From a virus (taxonomy: Duplodnaviria > Caudoviricetes): a stretch of 64,000 nucleotides of DNA. Positions 18,724 to 27,571 of this stretch are shown in pieces (the stretch's first letter is position 1; the number at the start of each line of letters is the position of its first letter). Under the pieces are notes generated by a model, which was not told the DNA's origin, searched no databases, and saw nothing but the letters and a program-made list of their open reading frames with translations. The translations under genes and the position numbers were made by a program. The stretch covers positions 128,001 to 192,000 of the IMG/VR virus record IMGVR_UViG_3300007083_000004; one strand, 5' to 3'.

Positions 18724-19810
18724 AGTTTTATCAATATCTGATATACATTTAGGAAATATAAATAATCCTAGTGAAAATGTTATAAATGGATTAGAGAAAA
18801 AATTAACAATAGAATATCTATCTGGATTAGATTTACTGTTTATTGTTGGTGATGTTTTTGATAAAGGTTTATCTTTAAATCATCAAGATGTTTTTCATAT
18901 AGTACCATGGATAAAAAGATTATTATCTAGATGTGCTAATTTAAATATAACCGTTATGGTTTTAGAGGGTACACCAAGTCATGATAGATTACAATCGCAA
19001 TTATTTGTAGCAATTAACGATGCTTCTGATTTAAAATGCGATTTAAGATATATAAAAGAAGTATCGATAGAATATATAGAAAAGTACGATATCAATATTC
19101 TTTGTATACCTGATGAGAAAAACACCAATGACGACATTACTTATCATCAGTTATTGGATATAATGAAATCCAGAGCTATTGATAAATGTGATTTCGGTTT
19201 AGTGCATGGATTTTTTGATTTTCAGATACCTGAAGACTATAGAGTTAGGTTTCATGATTCTGATAAATATCTGAATATAGTAAAATATCTGATATTTGTA
19301 GGTCATGACCACGAATTTAGTAAGAAAGATAGAATTATAGTACAGGGTTCTCCAGATAGACAAAGATTTGGAATGGAATCCAATAAAGGTTTCGTTAGAG
19401 CTACTGTTTATAGAGATGGTACTTACGAGGCAAAATTCGTAGTAAATGAATATGCAATGAGGTTTGATACAATAGAAATAAATGATGATGTTTCTATTGC
19501 ATTAAAACAAATAAAAAACAAATGTAAAGAATTAAATAGAAGATCTCATTTACGATTGGTTGGTCATAAAAACCATCCTCTATTAGAAAATTTGCATGAG
19601 ATTCAGAAACAGTATCCTTTTATTAGAATTCAAAAGAAATATATAGAATCTGAAAATAATAATATATTACTAAGTGAGGAAGAAAAATCATATATTCCAT
19701 TTGTCATTGATAAATCAAACATAAAAGATATTATAAAAGATAGATTAACTATAGAAATGACAAATGAAGAAATGGATTATTTCAATTCACTAATTGATTC
19801 TCATATATAA
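18704..19810 (+). CDS. sbcD: SbcD/Mre11-like metallophosphoesterase nuclease
   Basis: SDIHLG, GDVFD, GTPSHD, HG, GHDH and QGS motifs. Confidence 0.9.
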   Translation: MNWTQIEVLSISDIHLGNINNPSENVINGLEKKLTIEYLSGLDLLFIVGDVFDKGLSLNHQDVFHIVPWIKRLLSRCANLNITVMVLEGTPSHDRLQSQLFVAINDASDLKCDLRYIKEVSIEYIEKYDINILCIPDEKNTNDDITYHQLLDIMKSRAIDKCDFGLVHGFFDFQIPEDYRVRFHDSDKYLNIVKYLIFVGHDHEFSKKDRIIVQGSPDRQRFGMESNKGFVRATVYRDGTYEAKFVVNEYAMRFDTIEINDDVSIALKQIKNKCKELNRRSHLRLVGHKNHPLLENLHEIQKQYPFIRIQKKYIESENNNILLSEEEKSYIPFVIDKSNIKDIIKDRLTIEMTNEEMDYFNSLIDSHI

Positions 19811-19822
19811 AGGGAAATCGAA

Positions 19823-20653
19823 ATGAAATATTCGGAAAAAATGACTATGGGTAAATTTCCTATTAATATAGCTACATCTTTAGCTATGGAATCTTTAGTC
19901 AATATACACGATGAAGAAAAACATAAATATCCCCCTATTAAAGATTATAATGAATATTGGTTTAATCTCAATACTCTTTATAGAAATACCTTAGGTTCTT
20001 TTAGTGGAGATATTAAATTAGCTTTAGATGAAGTAATTTTAGCCGGTCTAATAGATGAAGAAGTAAAACAAATCAACATTGCATTAAAACCATATAAAAT
20101 TACTTTTGTTTTATATCTTTGCGAATACAAGAAACAATTAGATATAAACAATAAAATAAATAGGGGAGTAAAGTTTAGAAGACCAAATACTCCCAAACAG
20201 ATGGATGAATGGGATTTAATGTATAAAACAATAAATCTATTTAAAAAGAATTACGATTACGTAAATGTTTTTGAAGACGAATTAAGACCTAATTCCAATC
20301 ATTCAAAAACCATCATGCAAACCCATCAGGTAATAGATTTATTATCATATAAAAACTATGAGGTCTTGGACCTGATAGAATCTCATACAGGTAAGATTAA
20401 AACCAGATACAATTGGCATACGAAGTTTATTGAAGGAAAAGACTTATTTATGATCCCCTTTACTTCGTATTTCTTGAGAATATTTGGAGATAAAGAAACC
20501 TTTATGCCTATGGATAGGCAAATCAGAAAATCCATTATAGATCTAGCTAGAAAATGTAATTGGACAGTTACTACAACTTATGATAAAATCAGGCATGATT
20601 TATCTAAGTTAGAGGATGTTTACGTTCGCAATCTGGTAAGAGAGTTAATGTAA
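19823..20653 (+). CDS. Conserved hypothetical protein (phiKZ gp66-like)
   Basis: NLNTLYRN and LIESHTG motifs; follows sbcD. Confidence 0.6.
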   Translation: MKYSEKMTMGKFPINIATSLAMESLVNIHDEEKHKYPPIKDYNEYWFNLNTLYRNTLGSFSGDIKLALDEVILAGLIDEEVKQINIALKPYKITFVLYLCEYKKQLDINNKINRGVKFRRPNTPKQMDEWDLMYKTINLFKKNYDYVNVFEDELRPNSNHSKTIMQTHQVIDLLSYKNYEVLDLIESHTGKIKTRYNWHTKFIEGKDLFMIPFTSYFLRIFGDKETFMPMDRQIRKSIIDLARKCNWTVTTTYDKIRHDLSKLEDVYVRNLVRELM

Positions 20654-20716
20654 TTTTCTAAATGAATTCTTTATTATTTGTACAGTATCACTAATATTTG
20701 CGAAAAGGAAATAATC

Positions 20717-21412
20717 ATGGCTGAACAGCGTAAATTCAAGATGAGGGATAAAAATCTCCTGGATTCCAAGCGAATCACATTGAAAACACCATGTCCCGTT
20801 AAGGGTTCTAAAGGGTGGTCTTCTTTGCATTATTATGCAAATAACGATAATCCAGGTATTACTGTTTATACTCAAGCTCCAGGAGATGAGGATAACAACT
20901 ATGGTCGCATTCAAGCCAAAATGGGTGTAATGGACATGATGGTTCATTTGGAGCAATTAGCTGAGGTAATTCGTTCCAAAAACCCCATTAAATTACAAAT
21001 GATTTGCAAGAGTCTGCGTGGTAAGGAATTAAGAGAAGTCGATGCAGCTATGGTCGAGGTAGGTAAAAGGCAAGATGGTGTAGTTTATATCCATGTAAGG
21101 GATCTGGAGATTAATGGTAGACCGGAAATTTACTTTCCTTTTGCTCCTACCAAATGGCATTACCTATCTAAGGATGGTGATAAACTAACTGAGGCTGAAA
21201 CGTCGGTTTTAGCAGCACGAGCTATTTATAACCTCATGCAAAAAGCTATCACGGACATTTCTTTGGATACTTACGTTCATCCTAAACCAAAAGAAGGTAA
21301 TGGTAATTATAACAACAATCGCAGTAATAATAACTCTGGGTATTCTAATAACAGTTCCAATAGCTCTAATAATTCTAGCCATAAAGACGATGACGAGGAT
21401 ATACCCTTTTAA
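20717..21412 (+). CDS. chmC: ChmC-like nucleus-associated nucleic-acid-binding protein (phiKZ gp67 position) with an N/S-rich tail and SSB-like C-terminus
   Basis: Syntenic position; low-complexity N/S/G tail; ends DDDEDIPF; AAGGAA SD before ATG 20717. Confidence 0.65.
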   Translation: MAEQRKFKMRDKNLLDSKRITLKTPCPVKGSKGWSSLHYYANNDNPGITVYTQAPGDEDNNYGRIQAKMGVMDMMVHLEQLAEVIRSKNPIKLQMICKSLRGKELREVDAAMVEVGKRQDGVVYIHVRDLEINGRPEIYFPFAPTKWHYLSKDGDKLTEAETSVLAARAIYNLMQKAITDISLDTYVHPKPKEGNGNYNNNRSNNNSGYSNNSSNSSNNSSHKDDDEDIPF

Positions 21413-21425
21413 ATAGTTTTAATAC

Positions 21426-21503
21426 CTCACGGTAGCTCAGTTGGATAGCAGCAATCGCCTTCTAAGCGATCGGTCGGGGGTTCGAGTCCCTCCCGTGAGG
21501 CCA
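21426..21503 (+). tRNA. tRNA-Arg (anticodon UCU)
   Basis: Acceptor stem CTCACGG/CCGTGAG, anticodon stem ATCGC/GCGAT with loop CTTCTAA, T-loop TTCGAGT, encoded CCA. Confidence 0.92.
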
Positions 21504-21536
21504 ATAATTATTTAACCATCAATATAAATAAATCGT

Positions 21537-21579
21537 ATTACTACCGTACCACATGGTACGGTAGTAATTATATTTTTTT
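21537..21579 (+). terminator. Terminator-like inverted repeat after the tRNA
   Basis: 15-bp arms, 2-nt spacer, T-run. Confidence 0.75.
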
Positions 21580-21594
21580 GTAAAGGAAATAAAA

Positions 21595-22509
21595 ATGAAG
21601 CAATATCTGGAACTAGTAAAAAAGATATTAGATATTGGCATAAATAAGACGGATCGTACTGGTGTAGGTACAAGATCTCTAGTAGGAGAAACTATTAGGT
21701 TTGATTTAAGAAAAGGATTCCCATTATTGACCACAAAGAAAGTTCCACTCAAAATCGTTGTAATAGAATTATTATTTTTTTTACAGGGTAGAACCAATAA
21801 TAATTGGTTAAAAGAACGAGGATGTCATATATGGGACGAATGGGAATATAATGGAAACATACCGTGGATTGAGAATGGAGAACTAGGTCCTATATATGGT
21901 AAAATGTGGAGAGAATGGCCGATTGATTCCAGGTTTTTAAACAATGATGATTCCATGAAATTTGATCAACTATTGTACATAATGGATCAGTTGGAAAAAC
22001 ATAGTAGATCTAGAAGGATATTAGTTAGTGCGTGGAATCCACTTTTTATGCCAGATGAAACAAATACTCATAATGAGAATATAGAAAACAATAAACAAGT
22101 TTTAAGTCCTTGTCATACAACATTTCAGTTCATAGTCGAACCCAATAATTCGGATGTTGATTATCTAAATTTAGTGATGTATCAAAGAAGTGCTGATGTA
22201 GCCTTAGGGGTTCCTTTTAATATAGCATCTTACTCATTTCTCTTAGAACTGATGGCAAAGAAGTACAATTATATTTCTAAAGATCTGGTAATTCACTTCG
22301 GTGATTCTCATGTATATATGAATCAGATCGATGGATTAAAGGAACAATTAAATAGAGAACCTAGAAATTTACCAAATATTCTAATAAAAAATAATTTTGC
22401 AAAAGATTTTCTAACATTTGATCCTTTAAATAAAAAAGCGGATGAAATATATTTGTTAATAGACTATAACCCACATCCAGCAATAAGGTTTCCTGACCCA
22501 GCAGTTTAA
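21595..22509 (+). CDS. thyA: Thymidylate synthase
   Basis: DRTGVGT, FPLLTTKK, ELGPIYG, SRRILVSAWNP, PCH, YQRSAD, GVPFNIASY and HVY motifs. Confidence 0.97.
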   Translation: MKQYLELVKKILDIGINKTDRTGVGTRSLVGETIRFDLRKGFPLLTTKKVPLKIVVIELLFFLQGRTNNNWLKERGCHIWDEWEYNGNIPWIENGELGPIYGKMWREWPIDSRFLNNDDSMKFDQLLYIMDQLEKHSRSRRILVSAWNPLFMPDETNTHNENIENNKQVLSPCHTTFQFIVEPNNSDVDYLNLVMYQRSADVALGVPFNIASYSFLLELMAKKYNYISKDLVIHFGDSHVYMNQIDGLKEQLNREPRNLPNILIKNNFAKDFLTFDPLNKKADEIYLLIDYNPHPAIRFPDPAV

Positions 22510-22534
22510 GTTTTACTTAATTTTAAAATGTACA

Positions 22535-22550
22535 TATATTACTAAAGTGT
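22535..22550 (+). promoter_or_regulatory. Early promoter
   Basis: Exact TATATTAC followed by taaagTG. Confidence 0.7.
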
Positions 22551-22588
22551 ACGTACTTTACCGGATTTTAAAAAAGGAAATTGAATGT

Positions 22589-24154
22589 ATGAAAATTCAA
22601 ATGACAAATCCAGAGGTCGGTGGATATAGAACTATTTCTATAATAAATGGTGATAGAACACTGGACTTCACCGCAGCATTTTATAACAGGATTTTTAATA
22701 AAGGATTATACGATCCATTCAATGAATTAAATGAATATTGGGAAAGACTGGATAAAGAAACCCTGGATAATTTATTTAGTCTTTATGAGAATTCCAAAGA
22801 GGTTTTGAATGAATCGATGAGGATTAGCGATCTCATCGTCAGATTAAGACCAGTTATCGACGCGATCGTTAATATTCACAATACCGATCGTTTTGATAAC
22901 TTTGTCAGATTTCATTCCGATGTTTGGATTCCAATGGACTTAACAAACGAATATTTATTTGATCATGAAAGACCTGGTACCAGAGAACAAACTTACCTGA
23001 TATCGGATTATTGGAATTTAGTTGTTCTTTCGGTAAAATTAAGAGCACTAACACCAATTATATCGGAATATCTGGAAAAAACAAAATTGGAATCTGGTAC
23101 TACGTTTTTGAATCTAAATGCGTATTACCTGTTAACCAAATCCCCCATAATCAATGAACCCGCTTTAGATAAATTAAATCAATATATCGATAAGAATAGT
23201 AAACAAGTTACCGTCCATACTCGATCAACTTTGGATGGTATTGGAAGCGAATACTTTCTGACTTCGATATTGGCAAACATAATTATAAAAGTTTTATGCG
23301 TGGCAGATTTATGTCAAGGGGGAGAAAACTCTCATTTGGTTCAACTCGTTCATAAAGAGATAAGAAATAAATTATCTCAATTAAACAGCTATCAAAATGA
23401 AGTTAAAGATAAGAACCATAATGATATCAAAATGGATTCCGATGATTCTACTTCGATTGTAGAGAATTATAAAAATAAACCATTGGTGGCCCCGGGTGAT
23501 TTTTCAGCAATGGAAATCTGGACCACACATATGGACGAAATATTGGCAAAGCTGTATTGTCAGGATTTACTAACCGACGAACAATACAAATCTTTAATGG
23601 ATGAATACGATTACGTACATAATACAATCGACCATCCATTTGAGGATTGTCAAATCAATTTGATTCGCTGGGTAGTAAACCCGATTTTCTCACCGAGGGC
23701 AATGTGGGATATTAATCGAGCCAGTATTGTTAGATTATCGGTAATAGCTCAGGAATGGTTATTTAATTGTGGTTTTAAGGAAATAGCATTATTGACCACA
23801 GCCAAGAGTTTACACGCCGATGAGTATGGTAGTTCAAATGGAATGTTTAAAGTCAATATCAGTAAAACATCGATGGAAGAACTAAATGAACTTTATCCAT
23901 ATTACAGAAAATTTCCAAACAAAAAGAACTTTAAACAAGTCAATGATGTAGTATTGGAAATCGAAAGTATCGATAAAGATTTATCCAATCATACTTGGTC
24001 GCTTTGCGCAAGTGATGAAAAGGTAAAAGAATTAACGAGGGATTCTTTAAATAAAATTTATAGAACATCTAACAATCTGAAAACCAGATTGGTAGATTTG
24101 GCTATAGCTTTACAGAAAAGAAATAAAAACTTTGTTAATTCATTTAAATTGTAA
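22589..24154 (+). CDS. Non-virion RNAP promoter-specificity subunit (phiKZ gp68-like)
   Basis: About 520 aa; synteny; 'TREQTYLISDY' and 'LNELYPY' motifs; SD supports ATG 22589. Confidence 0.75.
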   Translation: MKIQMTNPEVGGYRTISIINGDRTLDFTAAFYNRIFNKGLYDPFNELNEYWERLDKETLDNLFSLYENSKEVLNESMRISDLIVRLRPVIDAIVNIHNTDRFDNFVRFHSDVWIPMDLTNEYLFDHERPGTREQTYLISDYWNLVVLSVKLRALTPIISEYLEKTKLESGTTFLNLNAYYLLTKSPIINEPALDKLNQYIDKNSKQVTVHTRSTLDGIGSEYFLTSILANIIIKVLCVADLCQGGENSHLVQLVHKEIRNKLSQLNSYQNEVKDKNHNDIKMDSDDSTSIVENYKNKPLVAPGDFSAMEIWTTHMDEILAKLYCQDLLTDEQYKSLMDEYDYVHNTIDHPFEDCQINLIRWVVNPIFSPRAMWDINRASIVRLSVIAQEWLFNCGFKEIALLTTAKSLHADEYGSSNGMFKVNISKTSMEELNELYPYYRKFPNKKNFKQVNDVVLEIESIDKDLSNHTWSLCASDEKVKELTRDSLNKIYRTSNNLKTRLVDLAIALQKRNKNFVNSFKL

Positions 24155-24181
24155 CAACACTAGAATGGAGAATTTAAAATC

Positions 24182-25633
24182 ATGCACCCATTAGGTTATC
24201 GAGATGACATTCAAATATTTGTCGAGGATTTGGTACTGGCAGAAACCAACCAATACGTAGATCAATATTTACGTCCATATATAACTCAATTAGACGGCAG
24301 TACCATCGATGCAATTGAAAGTAGACAAAATGTATCTAGGCGTTTCACTCCTGAGATTTTAGCTGGAATTGCCAATCAATTCATAATTCCTGATTATAAA
24401 ACCAGAGGGGTTATAGAAATTCCAAACGGATGGAGTAGTCGTAGGGGTCGATTCATTTTGACCGTTGGTTTCGAATTATCCATCGGTAGTAGATTACGAC
24501 AAGTCATCATTGGATACACGGATACTCCCGGTTTTAGCAGTAGAAGTATTGATCATGAAATGGAATTTTTCATAAACAATACGTACTTGCTAAAAGAACA
24601 AACGGTTTGGACAGATCGCGGTAATGAAAAGATTTGGCATCCTACCAACATAAGTGATGTTATGTCAGATAGATTTGGAGCTGGCATCAGGGGCAGAAGT
24701 AATTTATATACTATCAGACCAATGGATATTTATAATGTCTTGGATGCCGACGATTCCACCAAGATATTGAAAGAAGTTGAAGAAGTCATAGACGAAAGAA
24801 TTTGGCTATCTAAAAACTCCATCAAATCCAGTGTTGATAATAGATTACCATCCAGGTTTATGTCTAAGGTATTAAAATCCAGACAACAAGCACGGGATAA
24901 TACCCAATTTAATAATTCTGCTGCTGACATTAATGCCACCGCTCAACACTATGCAATGGAGAGCTACGCTTCTGACGATTTGTTTATGTCCAAATTAATG
25001 CAAATACAAGGTCATCGTAGTGTGACCGACAGGTTTACATTTCGCGATCTATTGGAAATCGATCCAGATATTGAAAGAAAGAAAACCATATATCTATTAG
25101 GACCAAATGCCACGGATTATTACGATTATTCCAATCGTTTAAATGGTCAAGAAGAATCCGATAGGATCGCATCTCTTATCGCCATGGCAGTACCAGCCAT
25201 TATGATGGAATTGGGTCTTAGTAGGGTCAAGTTTCAATGTCACAATAACAGACCTTCCAAAGACTTTAATTTCACCATCATGGATGGTAGGTCGTTGGTC
25301 AAAGGTATGGAAATGGATTATTTCCTGGATTCTTTTAAGGATAGGATAGTATATGAGCTAATGAAACCAATTTCGGCCAACGACATGATTACCGTCGGAA
25401 TTGAAGTCAGTTGCGATGTATTTGGTGATATTGATTTTAAGTTATTCTGGGATGGTATTCATAGGGGTTTATTTGTTCTACCATGTTTTTGTAATTCATT
25501 GGGAACTCCTGTAGTAACGGATACCGTCGAAGATGTATATAAAATCAGTAGAGACTTTGGGGATTTGATGGATCATTTCTTACCTATTATAGGTTCAAAT
25601 CCAACAACACTTAAAGATAACCTTCGTTATTGA
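24182..25633 (+). CDS. picA: Phage-nucleus protein import factor PicA/Imp1 (phiKZ gp69-like)
   Basis: Follows the gp68-like gene; 'YLRPY', 'IPNGW', 'IGYTD', 'IRPMD', 'PCFCNSL' motifs; size fits. Confidence 0.75.
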   Translation: MHPLGYRDDIQIFVEDLVLAETNQYVDQYLRPYITQLDGSTIDAIESRQNVSRRFTPEILAGIANQFIIPDYKTRGVIEIPNGWSSRRGRFILTVGFELSIGSRLRQVIIGYTDTPGFSSRSIDHEMEFFINNTYLLKEQTVWTDRGNEKIWHPTNISDVMSDRFGAGIRGRSNLYTIRPMDIYNVLDADDSTKILKEVEEVIDERIWLSKNSIKSSVDNRLPSRFMSKVLKSRQQARDNTQFNNSAADINATAQHYAMESYASDDLFMSKLMQIQGHRSVTDRFTFRDLLEIDPDIERKKTIYLLGPNATDYYDYSNRLNGQEESDRIASLIAMAVPAIMMELGLSRVKFQCHNNRPSKDFNFTIMDGRSLVKGMEMDYFLDSFKDRIVYELMKPISANDMITVGIEVSCDVFGDIDFKLFWDGIHRGLFVLPCFCNSLGTPVVTDTVEDVYKISRDFGDLMDHFLPIIGSNPTTLKDNLRY

Positions 25634-25649
25634 TCAAAAGGAATTAATT

Positions 25650-27068
25650 ATGAGAAATGAATTGATAAGCCACTATAAGGTTTTATTGGAACTAGGATGG
25701 CTGGTATCGGATTCAGATGGTTTCGTATCTGTTAAATTAGGCGATGAAACTATGCCTGCTACCGTAGGTGGAAAAAGGCTGATACTACCTACGGTTGAAC
25801 AGATGAAAGATACTAATTGGTCAAATCGGATCGGATTTCATCCTTTAAGGGAATCTTATAACTTGGGTATTTCTGACGTATTGGCATGTCTGAGAGATCA
25901 ATATGTTCAAAGATTAAATACTTCTATTAGCTATTTCATGAAAGAATTAATTGATATTTCCTTTAATAAGGAAAATCAAAAGAATTTGACTATTGAACAA
26001 GCTGAAGTTTTAAACGTTTTGTCTAAATGCGATAAAGTAACTGTTAGGCAATTCGAATCTATACTGAAGAAAACCAAGAGTAGAAACGATGCATCACAGT
26101 TCATCAATATCTTCATAAAAAGAGCCGGTACTGTAAACAATGTTGCATATGGTAGAGCGGCAATTGTAACCCTTCCGATTTATGATGACCTGATATCTAA
26201 TAAAGACACCATAAACGGAATTAAGCTATCGCAAAAAGATCGTGATATGTTTAGGAGGTTATATGAATTCGTTTTTCCATCATTGCGTTTAGGTAAAGAA
26301 CCATTTAACGTTGGCATCAATACCAGAACCGCTCCGTTCCTTGAATGCTTGGTAAAATCAGTTATTAAAGTAGCTCAAGAATTGGTAGAAGTCTCAGCTC
26401 CTTATAAGGAATTATTGGATTTACCATCCATATTGGATTTCCCAGAAGGAATCACCGAATGGATCGATATATTTGATTCTAAAGATAGAGCTGAGAGATA
26501 TGCTAAATTAGTACCTGCTCTAAACTCAAACGAAGACGGGGAGGTAAAACATGAAAGAAAGGAAATTAAGGAAATGCCTACTAGAGAAGAAGTTCGGGAA
26601 GTCAAAAAAGATACCAAGCCCCGTGGAATCATGACCATGGGTTATCCACCACCACAACAAAATGGTTCTACAAAAGAGATTTCCCATACATATCAAGTTC
26701 CTAGCCATGGAGCCGTTCAATTTAATTCCGAATACGATAGATTGCAAGAGGAGAAAAGAAAGATACGGGAAAAAGAAGAGGAGCTTCGTAGAAAAGAAGA
26801 AGAACTAGAAAGACGATCCCGTCAAGATAGAGATTATGATAGGAATGATCGTAGATATGACGAACGCGATGATGGTCGTCGTAGAGATCCTGAACCTCGT
26901 AAAAGAACTGGAGATCCATTTGAGGATAATCCCGTTTTAAGGGGTTACGCTAGAGAGGAAGATCGATACGATAGAGGAGGTCGCTATCGAGATAGAGAGC
27001 GTTACGATCATCGTCGAGGGGACGATGGAGGTCGCAGAGATGACCGACGATACGGTTCCAGATACTAA
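25650..27068 (+). CDS. Conserved protein, phiKZ gp70-like, with an R/D-rich disordered tail
   Basis: KRLILPT and FHPLRE motifs; synteny; mixed-charge C-terminus. Confidence 0.65.
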   Translation: MRNELISHYKVLLELGWLVSDSDGFVSVKLGDETMPATVGGKRLILPTVEQMKDTNWSNRIGFHPLRESYNLGISDVLACLRDQYVQRLNTSISYFMKELIDISFNKENQKNLTIEQAEVLNVLSKCDKVTVRQFESILKKTKSRNDASQFINIFIKRAGTVNNVAYGRAAIVTLPIYDDLISNKDTINGIKLSQKDRDMFRRLYEFVFPSLRLGKEPFNVGINTRTAPFLECLVKSVIKVAQELVEVSAPYKELLDLPSILDFPEGITEWIDIFDSKDRAERYAKLVPALNSNEDGEVKHERKEIKEMPTREEVREVKKDTKPRGIMTMGYPPPQQNGSTKEISHTYQVPSHGAVQFNSEYDRLQEEKRKIREKEEELRRKEEELERRSRQDRDYDRNDRRYDERDDGRRRDPEPRKRTGDPFEDNPVLRGYAREEDRYDRGGRYRDRERYDHRRGDDGGRRDDRRYGSRY

Positions 27069-27080
27069 TAATTATAATTA

Positions 27081-27114
27081 GATTACAGCTATGGGATATC
27101 CCATAGCTGTAATC
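27081..27114. terminator. 34-bp perfect palindrome, bidirectional terminator-like
   Basis: GATTACAGCTATGGGAT|ATCCCATAGCTGTAATC between convergent genes. Confidence 0.8.
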
Positions 27115-27118
27115 ATTT

Positions 27119-27457
27119 TTATTTTTGTTTACAATACCTGGCCAATTGATCTACGTAATCAAAATCCGGAATTAATAGATATTCTAATTCTTCACCTAAG
27201 TCTAATCTAGACCTATATCCATTTAATCTTAACATGGTCCAATGATATTTATCATCAAATCCAAGTGATCTAAATAAACCATAAAAATCACCTTGATAAC
27301 GATATAATTGTGCCCATTCATTTTGAGTAATCAGTCTAATATTGTTTTTACTTTTATTTTTTAAAATATGTAAGTGATCTTCAATCATTCTTCTGAATTT
27401 ATCGGTATAATAAACCTTAGGTCCAGTAGAATTAAATGTATTTATTAAATTAGCCAT
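27119..27457 (-). CDS. Small conserved protein, possibly LysM-like/baseplate gp53-gpX-like
   Basis: Pattern YQGDFYGL...HWTMLRLNG...LLIPD. Confidence 0.5.
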   Translation of the reverse strand: MANLINTFNSTGPKVYYTDKFRRMIEDHLHILKNKSKNNIRLITQNEWAQLYRYQGDFYGLFRSLGFDDKYHWTMLRLNGYRSRLDLGEELEYLLIPDFDYVDQLARYCKQK

Positions 27458-27571
27458 GAATAAAATCTCTGTTTATACTAATAATATATAATATCAATAT
27501 ATTATATATTAGTAGAGCATTTTTAGAAGGACATTTTTAAAGTTTTTTGCATTGGAACAAAAAGGAAATAT

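Noticed and set aside
21595-22509. Possible base-modifying (hydroxymethylase) variant of thymidylate synthase
   Set aside because: It keeps the dUMP-specifying Asn in PFNIASY and the other canonical ThyA motifs.
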